Source: Malacoraja senta
Taxonomy: Eukaryota
Length of the DNA: 64,000 nt
Reading direction: 5' to 3'
NCBI GenBank assembly: GCA_038087875.1
Contig: JAXLNO010000563.1
Coordinates: forward strand, 1 to 64,000
Part shown: piece by piece, positions 12,101-24,229 of the stretch
How the letters are laid out: the number at the start of each line of letters is the position of its first letter
How positions within the stretch are numbered: position 1 is the first letter of the stretch
The notes under the pieces: model-generated
The model's database searches: none
The model's input: the letters and a program-made list of their open reading frames with translations, nothing else
What the model was told of the DNA's origin: nothing
Position numbers and translations under genes: made by a program

Positions 12101-15100
12101 GCCTGATACAGGATGTGTCAATACGTCTGGGCTACTGGGAAAGGTCATAGGAGTTTCGATGACCATGTCGAGGACCACTGGGAACCATGGCTGTGTAGGC
12201 CAGTTGGTACTATCAAAATACCTGAAGCAGAGTCCATCTGTATTTTGCGTAGTACCCTACAGATTAAGGCAGAAGGGGAAAAAGCATAGAAGAAATCGGT
12301 CCCCCAGTTCAGCGCGAATGCATCTATCGCTGCTGCCTCAGGGTGTGGTTCCCAAGGGACATACATTGGTACGTGGTGATTTAGTCTGGATGCAAAGAGA
12401 TCGATATCTGGTGTGCCATATTGGTTTGTAATTTTAGCAAAAGCTCTAGGATTTAACATCCATTCGGTGTTTATCATTGAATTTGCGTGACCTGGCACTG
12501 TATTTAGCTTACCTGGTAGGTAAGTTGCTGATAGCCAAATATGTCTATCGACCCACCATTACCAGATTGTGTTGACCCAATTGTCACATGATATCAATTT
12601 TATTCCGGTCATATGGTTAATATAGGCCACCACCGTGATATTATCAATTTGTAAATGAACATGCAAGTTGTGCATATTCCTAGAATATGCTTTAAAACCA
12701 TAAAACGCACCCAACATTTCCAAATAATTTATGCCCAGTGTTTGTAGTAAAGACGAGTCTAGGTTAGTCCATCTACCACCTGTGCTGGATATGGTATTAG
12801 TTGCTCCCCAGCCTTGAGCACTGGCATCTGTTTGTATAGTTAACGTTGGGTTATTGATGACGATAGGGCTGGAACTATGCCAAATGTGTTATATCCACCA
12901 TTGTAACTCTGATATTGCTTCAATGGGTAGTTTCATGGATCTGTCAAAGTGACCTGCATGTCGTTTCAACGCCTGTACTTTTGCCCTTTGTAGGTGCTGA
13001 TAGTGCAGGAGTCCAAATTGTGTAGCTGAAAATGCTGCTACCATTTTGCCAATTACTCTTGCCACTTGTCAGATGGTTGGTCGATTGCTTACCATTAAAT
13101 TGTTGCACATCTGTGCCAATTCTGCTGCTTTACCTTTTGGCAACGTTACAGACATGTGGATTGAGTTAATTGTGAATCCCAGATAGTCCATAGTTGTGGA
13201 TGGCGTCAACTTAGATTTATCTGGATGTATGACAAACCCAGGGTTTCAAACAATTGTTTGGTAGCTAATACAGCTGATTTAGCCAACTCCATGGTTTTGC
13301 CAACTATTAGGATATCATCAAGTTACGCCATGACAATATGTCTTTGTTTCGTTAATGTTGCCAAGGCTGGTTTTAATATCTTGGTAAATAGTCTAAGGCT
13401 GATGTCAACCCATTAGGCAACACTTTATACTGCCATAGTTGCCCCATCCAGGTAAATTTTCAGGTATCTGCGATGACCCTTGTGAATGGGTACTGAATAG
13501 TAGGCATCTTTTAAATCAATGCTTGCCATAAAGTATCCTTTGGAAATCAGTTGTTTAGCAGTTACAAATGTTTCCATTTTGAAATGTACATACTTAACAA
13601 AGGTATTTAGTGAGGTTAAGTTAATGATGATGCGACATCCACCATCTTTTTTGCTTTTGGTAAATATATTTGAGACAAATTCCAAAGGATCATGTTTGGA
13701 TTTCTCAATGACACCCTTCGTAAGTAACCTCCCCAGTTCTGCTTGAGCCTCTAGTTCTCTTTGACTGAGAGGGTAAAGACCCTTTGGGGTACGTGCTGAA
13801 CTGGTGGCATGTTTTCTTGAATGAACTCTATTTTGTATCCCCGAATACTGTTAAGTATATAACTATCATTCGTGAGACACCTCCTGTTAGTACAGACCTC
13901 CTGTTAGTACAGTTCCCCATTTACATGCTGGTAGGAACCAGACCCACCTACCTCCATAGTTATGGTAGTGTTCCTTTCTTCCGTTTGTTCATCCGTCGTT
14001 ATACTGCTGGATGTACTGCTGATGTACTGCTGATTGGGGGTGGCGCATTTTCCATGGGGTCCGCTCTGGGCCCTGGCCTAAAAAGGCTTTCGGGGATAGT
14101 ATGCAGACCCCGAGCTTTCACCAGTTACCTAAATTTGACCTTGACTGGTGGACGCGGTGGGGTACTGCCGTCTGGTTTTTTGTGTGGGTCTGCTCGTTCC
14201 GGGGCCTGCCCTCATGAGGCCAAATGCTTTGGACTCTTCCTCCAGGTCTTTCACTTGTCCTTCCAAATAACAGGATCTGCGGCTCTGAGGCCGGTGTTTT
14301 ACACAGTCCTGCAAACCTGGGATTGAGGGCAGGTCTTATTCTCTCCTTGCGGAGGTTATTTATCTCATATTGGGTGTAGCACAGCAGAGCCAGAGTGTCT
14401 TGCTGGTTTGTGGTCATATCCACCCCATCCACGGAACGAGCATAGGCTGTTATCCCTGTCGTCAGGAGCTTGAGGATTTTAGCTCCTGGTTCCGGATACT
14501 CTGTCCCCCCCCCCAGATTTGGCTGTTAACAGCCGGTACATTGAGCGAACTGCAGTTTTCCAGCTCTAGTGCCTCATTAAGTACCTGTCTTGTAGGGGTT
14601 TGAGGGACAGGTGGTTGATGCTGGCCGCCAGTTTTGGCTCCAATGGCCGCCCTGCTCGTGGTGAAACCACGTGGCGAATCTCCACACCCAGCAGCTCTTC
14701 CTGATCCTGTACCCCAAGCGTACTCCCGACATCTTCAGCCAATGACCCCTGTTCCTGACCAGCCCAGCCCTGGTCGCCAACGCTGCCCTGCTTTGAGGGG
14801 AAAGCGATGGCCAGTGCATTGTAGAGCACTGCTGTGGGAGTGCCTGATCCCCCTGGCGAGACTGCTCTAGCTCCTGAAGCAAGTCTCGCTGGAGCAGTTG
14901 CTCCATGAGCCTTTCCATTCGGCTCAGGCGGCTAGCTCTGCCGCTCTAAGGCGGACCCTCCTCATCGGAGTCAGACATAACCGGCCGGTTTAAAAAAAAA
15001 ATTTTTTTTAAACTTTTCCTCCAGCCCGCTGCCGCTCATCAGGCTGCGCTAGCGGGACTAGGCTCGGCTCGGTCTCGATGAGGGTGGACCGCCGCATATG

Positions 15101-16660
15101 CGGTCCAGATGCCGCCTCTCGCCCCCCACTGATGGAACACTCCCGTTCTGTTGGAGTCGAACGGGGGGCGGTTTTCTCCTTTGCCGTGCTGCTCCTGTTC
15201 CCAGTTCCTCTGGAATAGAGAGCAGAGCACAGCTTGCGGATTACGACCTCAGTGTAAGACTTACCTGATGGTCCGCTGTTTAGTTTTCACCGACGTGTAG
15301 CGGGAGCGCCTGTACTCCCGGTCGTCGCTGTTGCACTGCGTGAACGCTAATGTCGCGCATGCGTGCTGGACGGGGTCTTCACGTAGTCACTCACGTGACT
15401 CCGAAGTAAAATTCCCTGTTTTCTCTCTCCCGCCTTTCTTAAAAAGTGGGATAATATTAGCTACCCTCCAATCCACAGGAACTGATACTGAGTCTATAGA
15501 ACATTGGAAAATTATCACCAATGCATCCACGATTTCTAGAGCCACTTCCTTAAGTACCCTGGGATGCAGACCATCAGGCACTGGGGATTTATCAGCCTCC
15601 AGCCCCATCAGTCTATCCAACACCATTTCCTGCCTATTGTGGATTTCCTTCAGTTCCTCCATCACCCCAGATCCTCTGGCCACTACTATATCAGGAAAAT
15701 TGTTTGTGTCCTCATTAGTGATGACAGATCCAAAGTACCTGTTCAACTCATCTGCCATTTCCTTGTTCCCCATAATAAATTCACCTATTTCGGTCTTCAA
15801 GGGTCCAACTTTGGTCTTAACTAATTTTTTCCTCTTCATATACCTAAAGAAGCTTTTACTATCCTGCTTTATATTCTTGGCTAGCTTATCTTCGTACCTC
15901 ATCTTTTCTCCCCGTATTGTCTTTTTGGTTATTTTCTGTTGTTCTTTAAACATTACCCAATCCTCTTGCTTCCCGCTCATCTTTGCTACGTTATACTTCT
16001 TCGCTTTAATTTTTATACTGTCCCTGACGCCCCTTGTCAACCATGGTCACCCCTTTCTCCCCTTGGAATCTTTCTTCCTCCTAGGAATGAACTGATATTG
16101 CATCTTCTGTATTATTCCTAGAAATACCTACCATTTTTGTTCCACTGTAATCCCTACTAGTGTATCTTTCCAGTCAACTTTGGCCAGCTCCTCCCTCATG
16201 ACCTCATAGTCCCCTTTATTCAACTGTAACAATGACACCTCCAATCTACCCTTCTCCCTCTCCAATTGTAGATTAAACCTGACCATGTTTTGCTCACTAC
16301 CTCCTAATGGCTCATTAATGTCGAGGTCCTTTATCAAATCCGGTTCATTACATAGTAGTAAATCCAGAATTGCCTTCTCCCTGGTAGGCTCCAATACAAG
16401 CTGTTCTAAGAATCCATCACGAAGGCACTCTACAAAGTCCCTTTCTTGGGGTCCAGTACCAACCTGATTTTCCCAGTCTACCTGCATGTTGAAATCTCCC
16501 ATAACAACCACAGCATTACTTTTACTACATGCCAATTTTAACTCCTGATTCAACTTGCGCCCTATGTCCAGGCTACTGTTTGGGGGCCTGTAGATTAGTC
16601 CCATTAGGGTCTTTTTACCCTTACAATTCCTTAGTTCTATCCATACTGACTCCACATCTC
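9162..16660 (-). mobile_element. CR1 LINE (ORF2 endonuclease/RT) split by DIRS #1
   Basis: ORFs 16128..16748 (endonuclease, GDFN), 15387..16040 and 9517..10554 (YLDFQKAFDKV, PQGSVLGP, KFADD); (CTATTGT)n 3' tail at 9162-9190. The flanks ctggtctataa|ttccctgttttctc rejoin across 10577-15411. Confidence 0.95.
10577..15411 (-). mobile_element. DIRS tyrosine-recombinase retrotransposon #1 (gag, RT/RNaseH, Dam-like MT, YR; frameshifted)
   Basis: RT (IDLKDAY) 13425..13685; MT (PDIDLFASRLN) 12145..12498; YR 11480..11992 and HSTRAAS 10954..11292. Inverted terminal repeats plus an internal complementary region (about 10799-10910) containing the circle junction ctccgaagtaaaa|tagtaag. No TSD. Confidence 0.95.
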
Positions 16661-16786
16661 CTGTTTGCAGGTAGACTGGGAAAATCAGGTTGGTACTGGA
16701 CCCCAAGAAAGGGACTTTACAAATTGCTTTCTCCCTGGTAGGCTCCAATACAAGCTGTTCTAAGAATCCATCATGAAGGCACTCTA

Positions 16787-17838
16787 CATTCGTAATGGAT
16801 TCTTAGAACAGCTTGTATTGGAGCCTACCAGGGAGAAGGCAATTCTGGATTTAGTGCTATGTAATGAGCCGGATTTGATAAAGGACCTCGAGGTTAATGA
16901 GCCATTAGGAGGTAGTGAGCAAGACATGGTCAGGTTTAATCTACAATTCGAGAGGGAGAAGGGTAGATCAGAGGTGTCAGTGTTACAGTTGAATAAAGGG
17001 GACTATGGGTGCATGAGGGAGGAGCTGGCCAAAGCTGACTGGAAAGATACACTAGCAGGGATGACAGTGGAACAAAAATGGTAGGTACAGTATTTCGAGG
17101 AATAATACAGAAGGTGCAGGTGTAGGAGGAAGAAAGATTCCAAGGGGATAAAGCGGTGACCATGGCTGACAAGGGGCGTCAGGGACTATAAAAATTAAAG
17201 CGAAGAAGTACAACGTAGCAAAGATAAGCGGGAAGCAAGAGGATTGGGTAATGTTTAAAGAACAACAGAAGATAACCAAAAAGACAATACGGGGAGAAAA
17301 GACGAGGTACGAAGATAAGCTAGCCAAGAATATAAAGCAGGATAGTAAAAGCTTCTTTAGGTATATGAAGAGGAAAAAATTAGTTAAGACCAAAGTTGGA
17401 CCCTTGAAGACAGAAAAAGGTGAATTTATTATGGGGAACATGGAAATGGCAGATGAGTTGAACAGGTACTTTGGATCTGTCTTCACTAATGAGGACACAA
17501 GCAATCTTCCTGATATAGTAGTGGCCTGAGGATCTGAGGTGACGGAGGAACCATTTAGAACGGAGACGAGGAAACACTTTTTCTCACAGAGAGTAGTGAG
17601 TCTGTGGAATTCTCTGCCTCAGAGGGCGGTGGAGGCAGGTTCTCTGGATGCTTTCAAGAGAGAGCTAGAGAGGGCTCTTAAAAATAGCGGAGTCAGGGGA
17701 TATGGGGAGAAGGCAGGAACGGGGTACTGATTGGGGATGATCAGCCATGATCACATTGAATGGCGGTGCTGGCTCGAAGGGCCGAATGGCCTACTCCTGC
17801 ACCTATTGTCTTTGCCTATTGTCTATTGTCTATTGTCT
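16787..17838 (+). mobile_element. Second CR1 copy, head-to-head with the first and internally deleted (ORF2 middle fused to the 3' end at about 17550)
   Basis: ORFs 16773..17084 and 17251..17529 mirror 16128..16748 and 15387..16040; 17539..17730 jumps to FRTETRKHFFSQRVV; (CTATTGT)n tail. Confidence 0.9.
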
Positions 17839-18506
17839 AGTAAAATGAAGGAATATCCACGGAACATGAGGGGTGGCATTGAAATAGTAACAAAGAGGAA
17901 ATGTGAATAGCAGAACTCCCCTTCGAGAAACCAAAGTTAACCGCCTAGAAAGAGTTACTGGAGAAGTCTTATTGAATTAGGCACTAAGGGAATGGATACT
18001 TATTGTCAGTCGATGTATTTGACCGGTGAATCTAAATTTGTCTAACCCTTGACAGTAAAGCGGCTCCTGTTATCAAGGTGTAAAGAAATTGTCCCTAGAT
18101 TCGACATTCTTAATTGGCTTTATAATAATCTACAACATATGGAAATTAATTGATTAAAATTTAAACATCTAGGAATTCCACAGCAATTGAATTGAATTGT
18201 GTTATCGACCACACGCTGTGGAATGAGAAGGGTGAGACGGACCCTGAAACGTAAAATATTAAAATTGAAGGCTGAGATCTTCTGGAAGAGCACTTGGGAC
18301 TGCGTGACCTTTTGGAGTGTCTCTGCTTCCACGAGGCTAGAAGGACTTGGCCAAGCAGATAAAAGGATCGAACCCGCGGTGGTTAGGTATCGTATAGGAG
18401 AATTTGTGTTGTGTTATTCAGAATAAAGTATAGTTGATCAAGTGCTTGATTCAGTATTGTATTGACTGAAAATAGACTGGGGGGAGCTTAGAACGAGCTA
18501 TTTACA
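17839..18506 (+). mobile_element. LTR (ERV/Gypsy-type), related to 23148-24229
   Basis: Its 3' half matches the TSD-bounded solo LTR (gatcttctggaagagc...caagtgcttgattcagt...agactgggggg). AATAAA at 18422; ends in ...ttaca. Confidence 0.7.
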
Positions 18507-18644
18507 TTGGGAGCCGTAACGTGGGAGTCTGATGAGGCCGCAGTCTCTGTCTTCTGACTGTTTTTTATCTACACTTTCTCTAAAGTTGTAACACTGTATT
18601 CTACACTCTTTTGTATTACCTTTCACATGACCTGATGTACTCGT

Positions 18645-18955
18645 TTCAGTTTAGTTTACTATAGATATACAGCGAGGAAACAGGCCCTTCAGCCCACTAA
18701 GTCGGCACCGACCAGCAATCCTCGTACACTAGCACTATCCTACACATACTAGAGACAATTTGCACTTATACCAAGCCAATTAGCCTACAAACCTGTACGT
18801 CTTTGGAGTGTGGGAGGAAACAGAAGATCTCGGAGAAAACCCACGTAGTGACGGGGAGAACGTACAAACTCCATACAGACAGCATGAATAGTCAGGATCA
18901 AACACGAATCTCTGGCGCTGTAAGGCAGCAACGCTACCGCTATGCCACCGTGACG
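18645..18955 (-). mobile_element. tRNA-derived SINE (same family as 400-735)
   Basis: The minus strand reads cacggtggcatagcggtagcgttgctgccttacagcgccagaga...tccaaagacgtacaggtttgtaggctaattgg. Confidence 0.85.
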
Positions 18956-20495
18956 CTCCCACCACCATGCCATAGGTTTATGGTACAATTTGCCTGGATA
19001 ACACACAAAATATTGTCATTGTACCTCAATTCAAGTGACAATCATGAAACAATACCAATAACTCTTGAGAAAGATGCTGAAGTTTATGGTGTAGCTGCTG
19101 ATGGAGTACTTTTAGGGGTGGAAGATTGCAACCTTCACGTGGTTCACCCTGTTTCAACTAATGCAATCAACCCAACGTGCACAAACAAATAGATCAAATA
19201 GAACAAGTTGACTTGCAACTTTAGGCTATGCACATCATACGCAAGAAGAAGAGTAATTTTACACTATAGAATTTAGAGATACAGTGTGCAAACAAGCCCT
19301 CCAGCCCACCAAGTCTTTACCGAAACTAGCGTGAACAGGGTGATCAATGGTCAATGTGGACTCGGTGGGCTGAAGGACCTGTTTCCATGCTGTACCTGTA
19401 AATACCCGATGCTGACTGGGTAGGCTTGGAGTGCGTTCCTTCTCCTTTCTCCCTTCTCCAATTTGAAAAGGAGGAACAATTTACAGAGGAACTCCACGCT
19501 GGGGAAGAAAAGACAATGTTTTCCCCATTCCCATTCCCATTGTCTCCCTCTGTGGATCCAATCCCACTCCTTCCACCATCCTGGATTCTTGTACAAAAGA
19601 TGTTGTACACTTGCCAAAAGTAGACACAAAGTGCTGGAGTAGGTCAGCGGGTCATGCAGTATCTCTGGAGCACATGGATAGGTGATGTTTCAGGTTGGGA
19701 CCCTTCTTCAGTCTGATGGCAGTGGAGGAGGAAAAAGCTGGGAGGTGGGGGTTGGAACAAAGCCACGCGAGTGATAGGTGGATACAGGTGAGAGGGACGT
19801 TTGATCGGCAGGCAGTTGGACCAAGGTCATAATACCATAAGTGATAGGAGCAGAATTAGGCAATTCGGCCCAACGTCTACTCTGCCATTCAATCATGGCT
19901 GATCTATCTCTCCCTCCTGAGCCCATTCCCCTGCCTTCTCCCCATAGCCCCTGATACCCGTACCTATCAAGAATCTATCTATGCCTTAAATATATCCACT
20001 GACTTGGCCTCCACATCCTACTGTGCCAAGAATTCCACAGATTCATCACTCTCTGACTAAAGTAAATCCTCCTCATCTCCTTCCTAAAGGAACGTCCTTT
20101 AATTCTGAGGCTATGACCTCTTGTCCTAGACTCTCCCACGGGTGGAAACATTCTCTCCACATCCACTCTATCCAAGGCCAGAGATGAACAGATCAAAGGC
20201 TGTGAGATAAGGAGTAAGGAGAAGAGGCATGAAATGTAAAAAGGGGAAAGGAGGGTTGTTTTGAAATGGGTGTGTATCCAGATGAGGCAGAGGGAAGAGA
20301 GGGGGGAAAGAGTGTGCAGAGCTGTGTATGTTAGATAACTAATATTGCAGAATTGAATGTTTAATCCATTCATATAACACAGATCAGCGCACAACAAAGG
20401 ATTGTCAGGGATGTTTTAAACTACGGATGAATATTAGCCAGAGTCAAACACCAAATATCCACTTGTCCCCATCATCCATTTCCAACAGTACTTAC

Positions 20496-20620
20496 ACCAC
20501 AATCAATGATTGCCATGAGTGCACAACACATCATGCTCTTGCATGCCTCTGCCACACGTTGATCTGCTCCTGTTCCTGCAACCTGCAGCCCCAGGAGGAC
20601 AGAGAGCAGAGTCTCAGCAT
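20496..20620 (-). pseudogene. Signal-peptide exon 1 of the unrecognised secreted-protein gene, frameshifted copy
   Basis: Paralog of 32969-33100 with a 7-nt deletion after codon 5. The corrected frame reads LSVLLGLQVAGTGADQRVAEACKSMMCCALMAIIDCG|gtaagt. No exon 2 homolog was found downstream. Confidence 0.75.
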
Positions 20621-20709
20621 CTTGGGCTCTGCTCTGGTCACTGTTGGATGCACCCAGTCACTCTCCACACCTCCAGCTGGATCTGCTGTCTGAGCCCTGA
20701 GTTCAAACC

Positions 20710-20717
20710 TTTTTATA
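20710..20717 (-). promoter_or_regulatory. TATA box (TATAAAAA) about 90 nt upstream of the ATG; AP-1 site TGAGTCA at about 20758
   Basis: Position conserved with TATAATAA at 33190-33197 in the paralog. Confidence 0.6.
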
Positions 20718-20848
20718 CTGTTTCATGAAGATGATTTTGAATGCTGTGGCTGAGAACTGAGTCAGGTTATATATATATATTTTTAAAAGTTTTGTTCTGA
20801 GCTAATGGAAGCAGACAATTTAATGGACGTGTGTGTTAACTGTTGCTG

Positions 20849-21198
20849 GACGGCGAGCTCTGGGGAAGGTGGAGTCACCAGTGAGGATGGTCATTATTGG
20901 CATCGGTTTGTGAGTGGTGGGGGAGTGGTGTTCCTAATCCACCAACATCCAAGTCCCAGCCCTGGGACCTTCCCCATCTTTGAATCAGGTCCACAAGACA
21001 GGCCGATGCACCAACTGAGACGGAGAGGGTTGTCAGAGAAATATCATAGACCAGAGTGGAATTTAAACCTGAGAAGATCTAATGTCACGCGCTTTCGGAC
21101 CTGATTTTTTCAATTGGAGAGAGTCTGCGGATCAGATATTGCCCATTTTACACCCTCGCTCAAAGATAAAATGAGAAGATGTGACCTGGTGTTTAAAG
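20849..21198 (+). pseudogene. Degenerate CD2/SLAM-like V-set Ig exon (unit 1)
   Basis: 350-nt phase-1/phase-1 interval ending at the donor AAAG|gtaaga. Pieced frames give GRRALGKVESPVRMVIIGI..VGE.VF...YHRPEWN...QLERVCGSDIAHF...DLVFK. Stops and frameshifts are present and the acceptor is mutated (ttgctg). Confidence 0.55.
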
Positions 21199-21386
21199 GT
21201 AAGAAAACAGTTTTCAGTGGGGGTGAGGGGAAGTCTGAATTGTAACCAGTCGAACAATCCTTTCCTGACCCCAACCAGTATTATAATATCTTTCACAGAT
21301 AGTCCTGCTGTTCCATCCATACCTCCTGCCATCCTCTCTGCAATCGGAAACTGTGTTTTGGCATCTGAAATTTTCTTATTTTTCAG

Positions 21387-21470
21387 TTGTGAGATATGGC
21401 TACCAGAAAGCACAGTGAGGAATGAATCTGTTCTTGCTCAGTACCTGATACAATTGTGTTAGACATCCAT
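21387..21470 (+). pseudogene. Truncated second Ig-like exon (unit 1)
   Basis: Acceptor ttttcttatttttcag|; homologous to 57918-57982/62451+ and to 48012-48358(-). Confidence 0.45.
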
Positions 21471-21544
21471 GTGTTAAAAATGCCATACTTTGTACATATT
21501 GACAGTCTTCCCCAAAGCCCTCAACCCCACCAATATTACTAATT

Positions 21545-22510
21545 AGAGATTAGAGAGAGATTCCTTTATTTGTCATTCAGACCTTTCGGTCTGAACGAAA
21601 TTTCGTTGCCTGCAGTCATACATATAATAATAAATGACAAAACACACAATAAACACAAATTAACATCCACCACAGTGAGTTCACCAGGCACCTCCTCACT
21701 GTGATGGAGGCAAAAGTCTTAAAGTCTCTGTCTCTTCCCGCTTTGTTCTCCCTCTGCGCTGAGGCGATCCAGGCTTCTGATGCTGTGACCCCGCCGGGCG
21801 ACGGTAAGCCAGTCCCGCGGCCGAATCCGTGCTCCGCGACGGGCCGGCTCAAACTCCGCGGCCCAGGGCGGTCGAAGCTGCCGAAGCTGCCGCCCTCCAG
21901 TCCAGCGGACGCAGCTGTAGTTGCGGGAGCCCCAGAAAAACAGGTCACCAACCTGTGACCTGCGCGCTCCCGACGATGTCGTCCACTGGGCCCGCGGCCG
22001 AGCCTCCGGATTCAGGTCGCCACCAGTGTCCTCGGTCGCCACCGCCGGACGCCACCGCAGCCCCGAAGTTGGCCAGCCTCGCGCTCCCGAAGATGTCGTC
22101 CACTGGGCCAGCTGCGGCCTAGCCTCCGGATTCAGGTCGCCACCAGTGTCCTCGGTCGCCACCGCCGGAACGCCACCGCAGCCCCGAAGTTGGCCAGCCC
22201 CGCGCTGGTAAGTCCTGGCTCTGCCTCCGGAGCCTCGAGGTCGGTCGGTCGCTCGCAGTTGGAGTTGGAGGCCGGCAGCTCCACCATTTTGGCCTCAGCG
22301 CAGACGGAGGCAGAGAAGGGGGATACGACAAGAAAAAGTCGCATTCCCCCGAAGGAAGAGACAAAAGTCATGTTTCACCCCCCCCACCCCACACATACAC
22401 AACCCAATAAACTAAAATTTAACTAAAACAGGACAAAAGAAAACAACAAAAAAAGTAAAAACAGACGGACTGCAGGCGAGCCGCTGCTGTACGACAGCGC
22501 CGCCACTTCC
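21545..22510 (-). mobile_element. GC-rich non-autonomous retroelement with an internal ~118-bp tandem duplication
   Basis: The minus strand starts ggaagtggcggcgctg... and ends ...gacaaataaag plus a short repeat tail. It shares terminal blocks with 30800-31563 and 48833-49652. Confidence 0.6.
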
Positions 22511-23147
22511 GAATATTACTATAATCTTCAAACATACTAACTAGCCCATCTACACTTATGTCCAAATCATTTACATATATCACAAACTGCGGAAGTGCCA
22601 GCACAGATCCCTACAGAACTCCACCAGCACAGATCCCTACAGAACTCCTCCAGCCTGAACATTGACCTTTCACCATAGCTCTCTGTCTTCTATCAGTAAG
22701 CCAGTTCTGAATTCATATGACCAAGTCACTTTTAATTCCATGCATTTTAATCTTCTGGATCAGCCCACCAGGGGAGACTTGATCAAATGCCTTCATAAAA
22801 TCCATGTAGACAACATCCACCGCCATCCCCTCATCGATCACCTTACCCACCTCCACAAAACACCCGATCAAGTTATAGGGGAATCAAGGACCAGAGGATG
22901 GAGGTTTAAGTTGAAGGGGGAAAGATTTAATAGGAATCTGAGGGGTAATTTTTTCACACAAAGTGTGGTGGGTGTATGGAACAAGTTGTCAGATGAGGTA
23001 GTTGAGGCAGGGACTATCGCATATTTTAAGAAAGTTAGACTTGTGCATGGATAGGACAGGTTTAGAGGGATAAGAGCAAAATGCAGGCAGGTGTGACTAG
23101 TGTAGATGGGACATGTTGGCCGGTGTGGGCAAGTTGGGCCGAAGGGC

Positions 23148-24229
23148 TGTTAATCCTGGCTAAATTGGACCAGCCAGGACTTCAAAATGGGGTTAAGTTT
23201 CAGGGTTTGCTGGGCGATTTGGTCAAATTGGAATTGCTCTCTGCAGAGATGGGACAGGCTGCGAGAGGTGCCAGAAACTTAGATATAATTAACCAGCAAA
23301 GAATGGGAAGCCTTGCAAGCCCTGTCAATCTGGTACTAAATGCATAGAATGGATTGGATGGCTGCAAACCAGACATACACCTTGTAAATAGCTTGTAAAT
23401 AATGTTGCAGAATCTAATAGCCCTATCCCACAGTGCAATTTCATTCCAAGAGCTCACCCGAGTTAAATAAAAAATCAAACTCGTGGTAAGCACGGAGAAT
23501 GAACGTAGCGGGTACGTCGGAGCTCGGGGACGTCTCTTAGCGCTAATGGCAGGTACTCGGGAAGACTCGCTAACGGCAGGTAAGCACGAGAAGACTCGTG
23601 AAGATTTTTCAACATGATGAAAAATGTCCACAGCCCCGAGTACCGACGAGTGGCCATTACCGCAAATCTACGAGTTCGAATCAGGGCAAACTCGGGAGAA
23701 CTCTTGGAATGAAATGTACCGTGGGACAGGGGTTTGACTCTGCTAAGTGTTGATTAGATGGGTTGGTGAGCCTTGTGTGGGATTTCTGTTAATCAGGGTA
23801 AATGTTTCCAAGTTGACTTCATCTCGAAGTCCGTTGTGAATACAATGTATTGAACTGTTGTATCATTGGGTTAGGGAAATGCTTGTTATGTATGAGGTTA
23901 ACCGATATTTGTAATTGGGTGATTAAGAGACGACCCCCGTGGTTCGGCCCTCGAGTTCGCGGGACGTATAAAAGTCCATGATCACAAGGCTCAGCGTCGA
24001 TCTTCTGGAAGAGCGCTCAGGACCGCGTATCCTTCTGGAATGCTTCTGTCTGCGCGAGGCCTAGAGGACTTGAACAGATAGACGCAAGGGTCGAACCCAA
24101 GGTGGGATAGGTACCGTGTGTGATCTGTGACGTGCTTTTGGTAAAATAAAATGTAGTTGATTCAAGTGCTTGATTCAGTTTTTGTACTGAAACTAGACTG
24201 GGGGGAAGCTTAGAAAAGAGCAATTATCA
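23148..24229 (+). mobile_element. Solo LTR with 4-bp TSD (GGGC), inserted in a CR1 3' end
   Basis: TG...CA termini; gggc|tgttaa ... ttatca|gggc; TATAAAA at about 23967; AATAAA at about 24144. Confidence 0.85.
23420..23733. mobile_element. PIF/Harbinger-like MITE nested in the solo LTR
   Basis: Imperfect TIRs gccctatcccacagtgc / gtaccgtgggacagggg; the TIR resembles that of 56614-56850. Confidence 0.65.

Noticed and set aside
21616..22426. Multiple overlapping ORFs (also at 30937-31314 and 48987-49575)
   Set aside because: By-products of GC-rich repeats.
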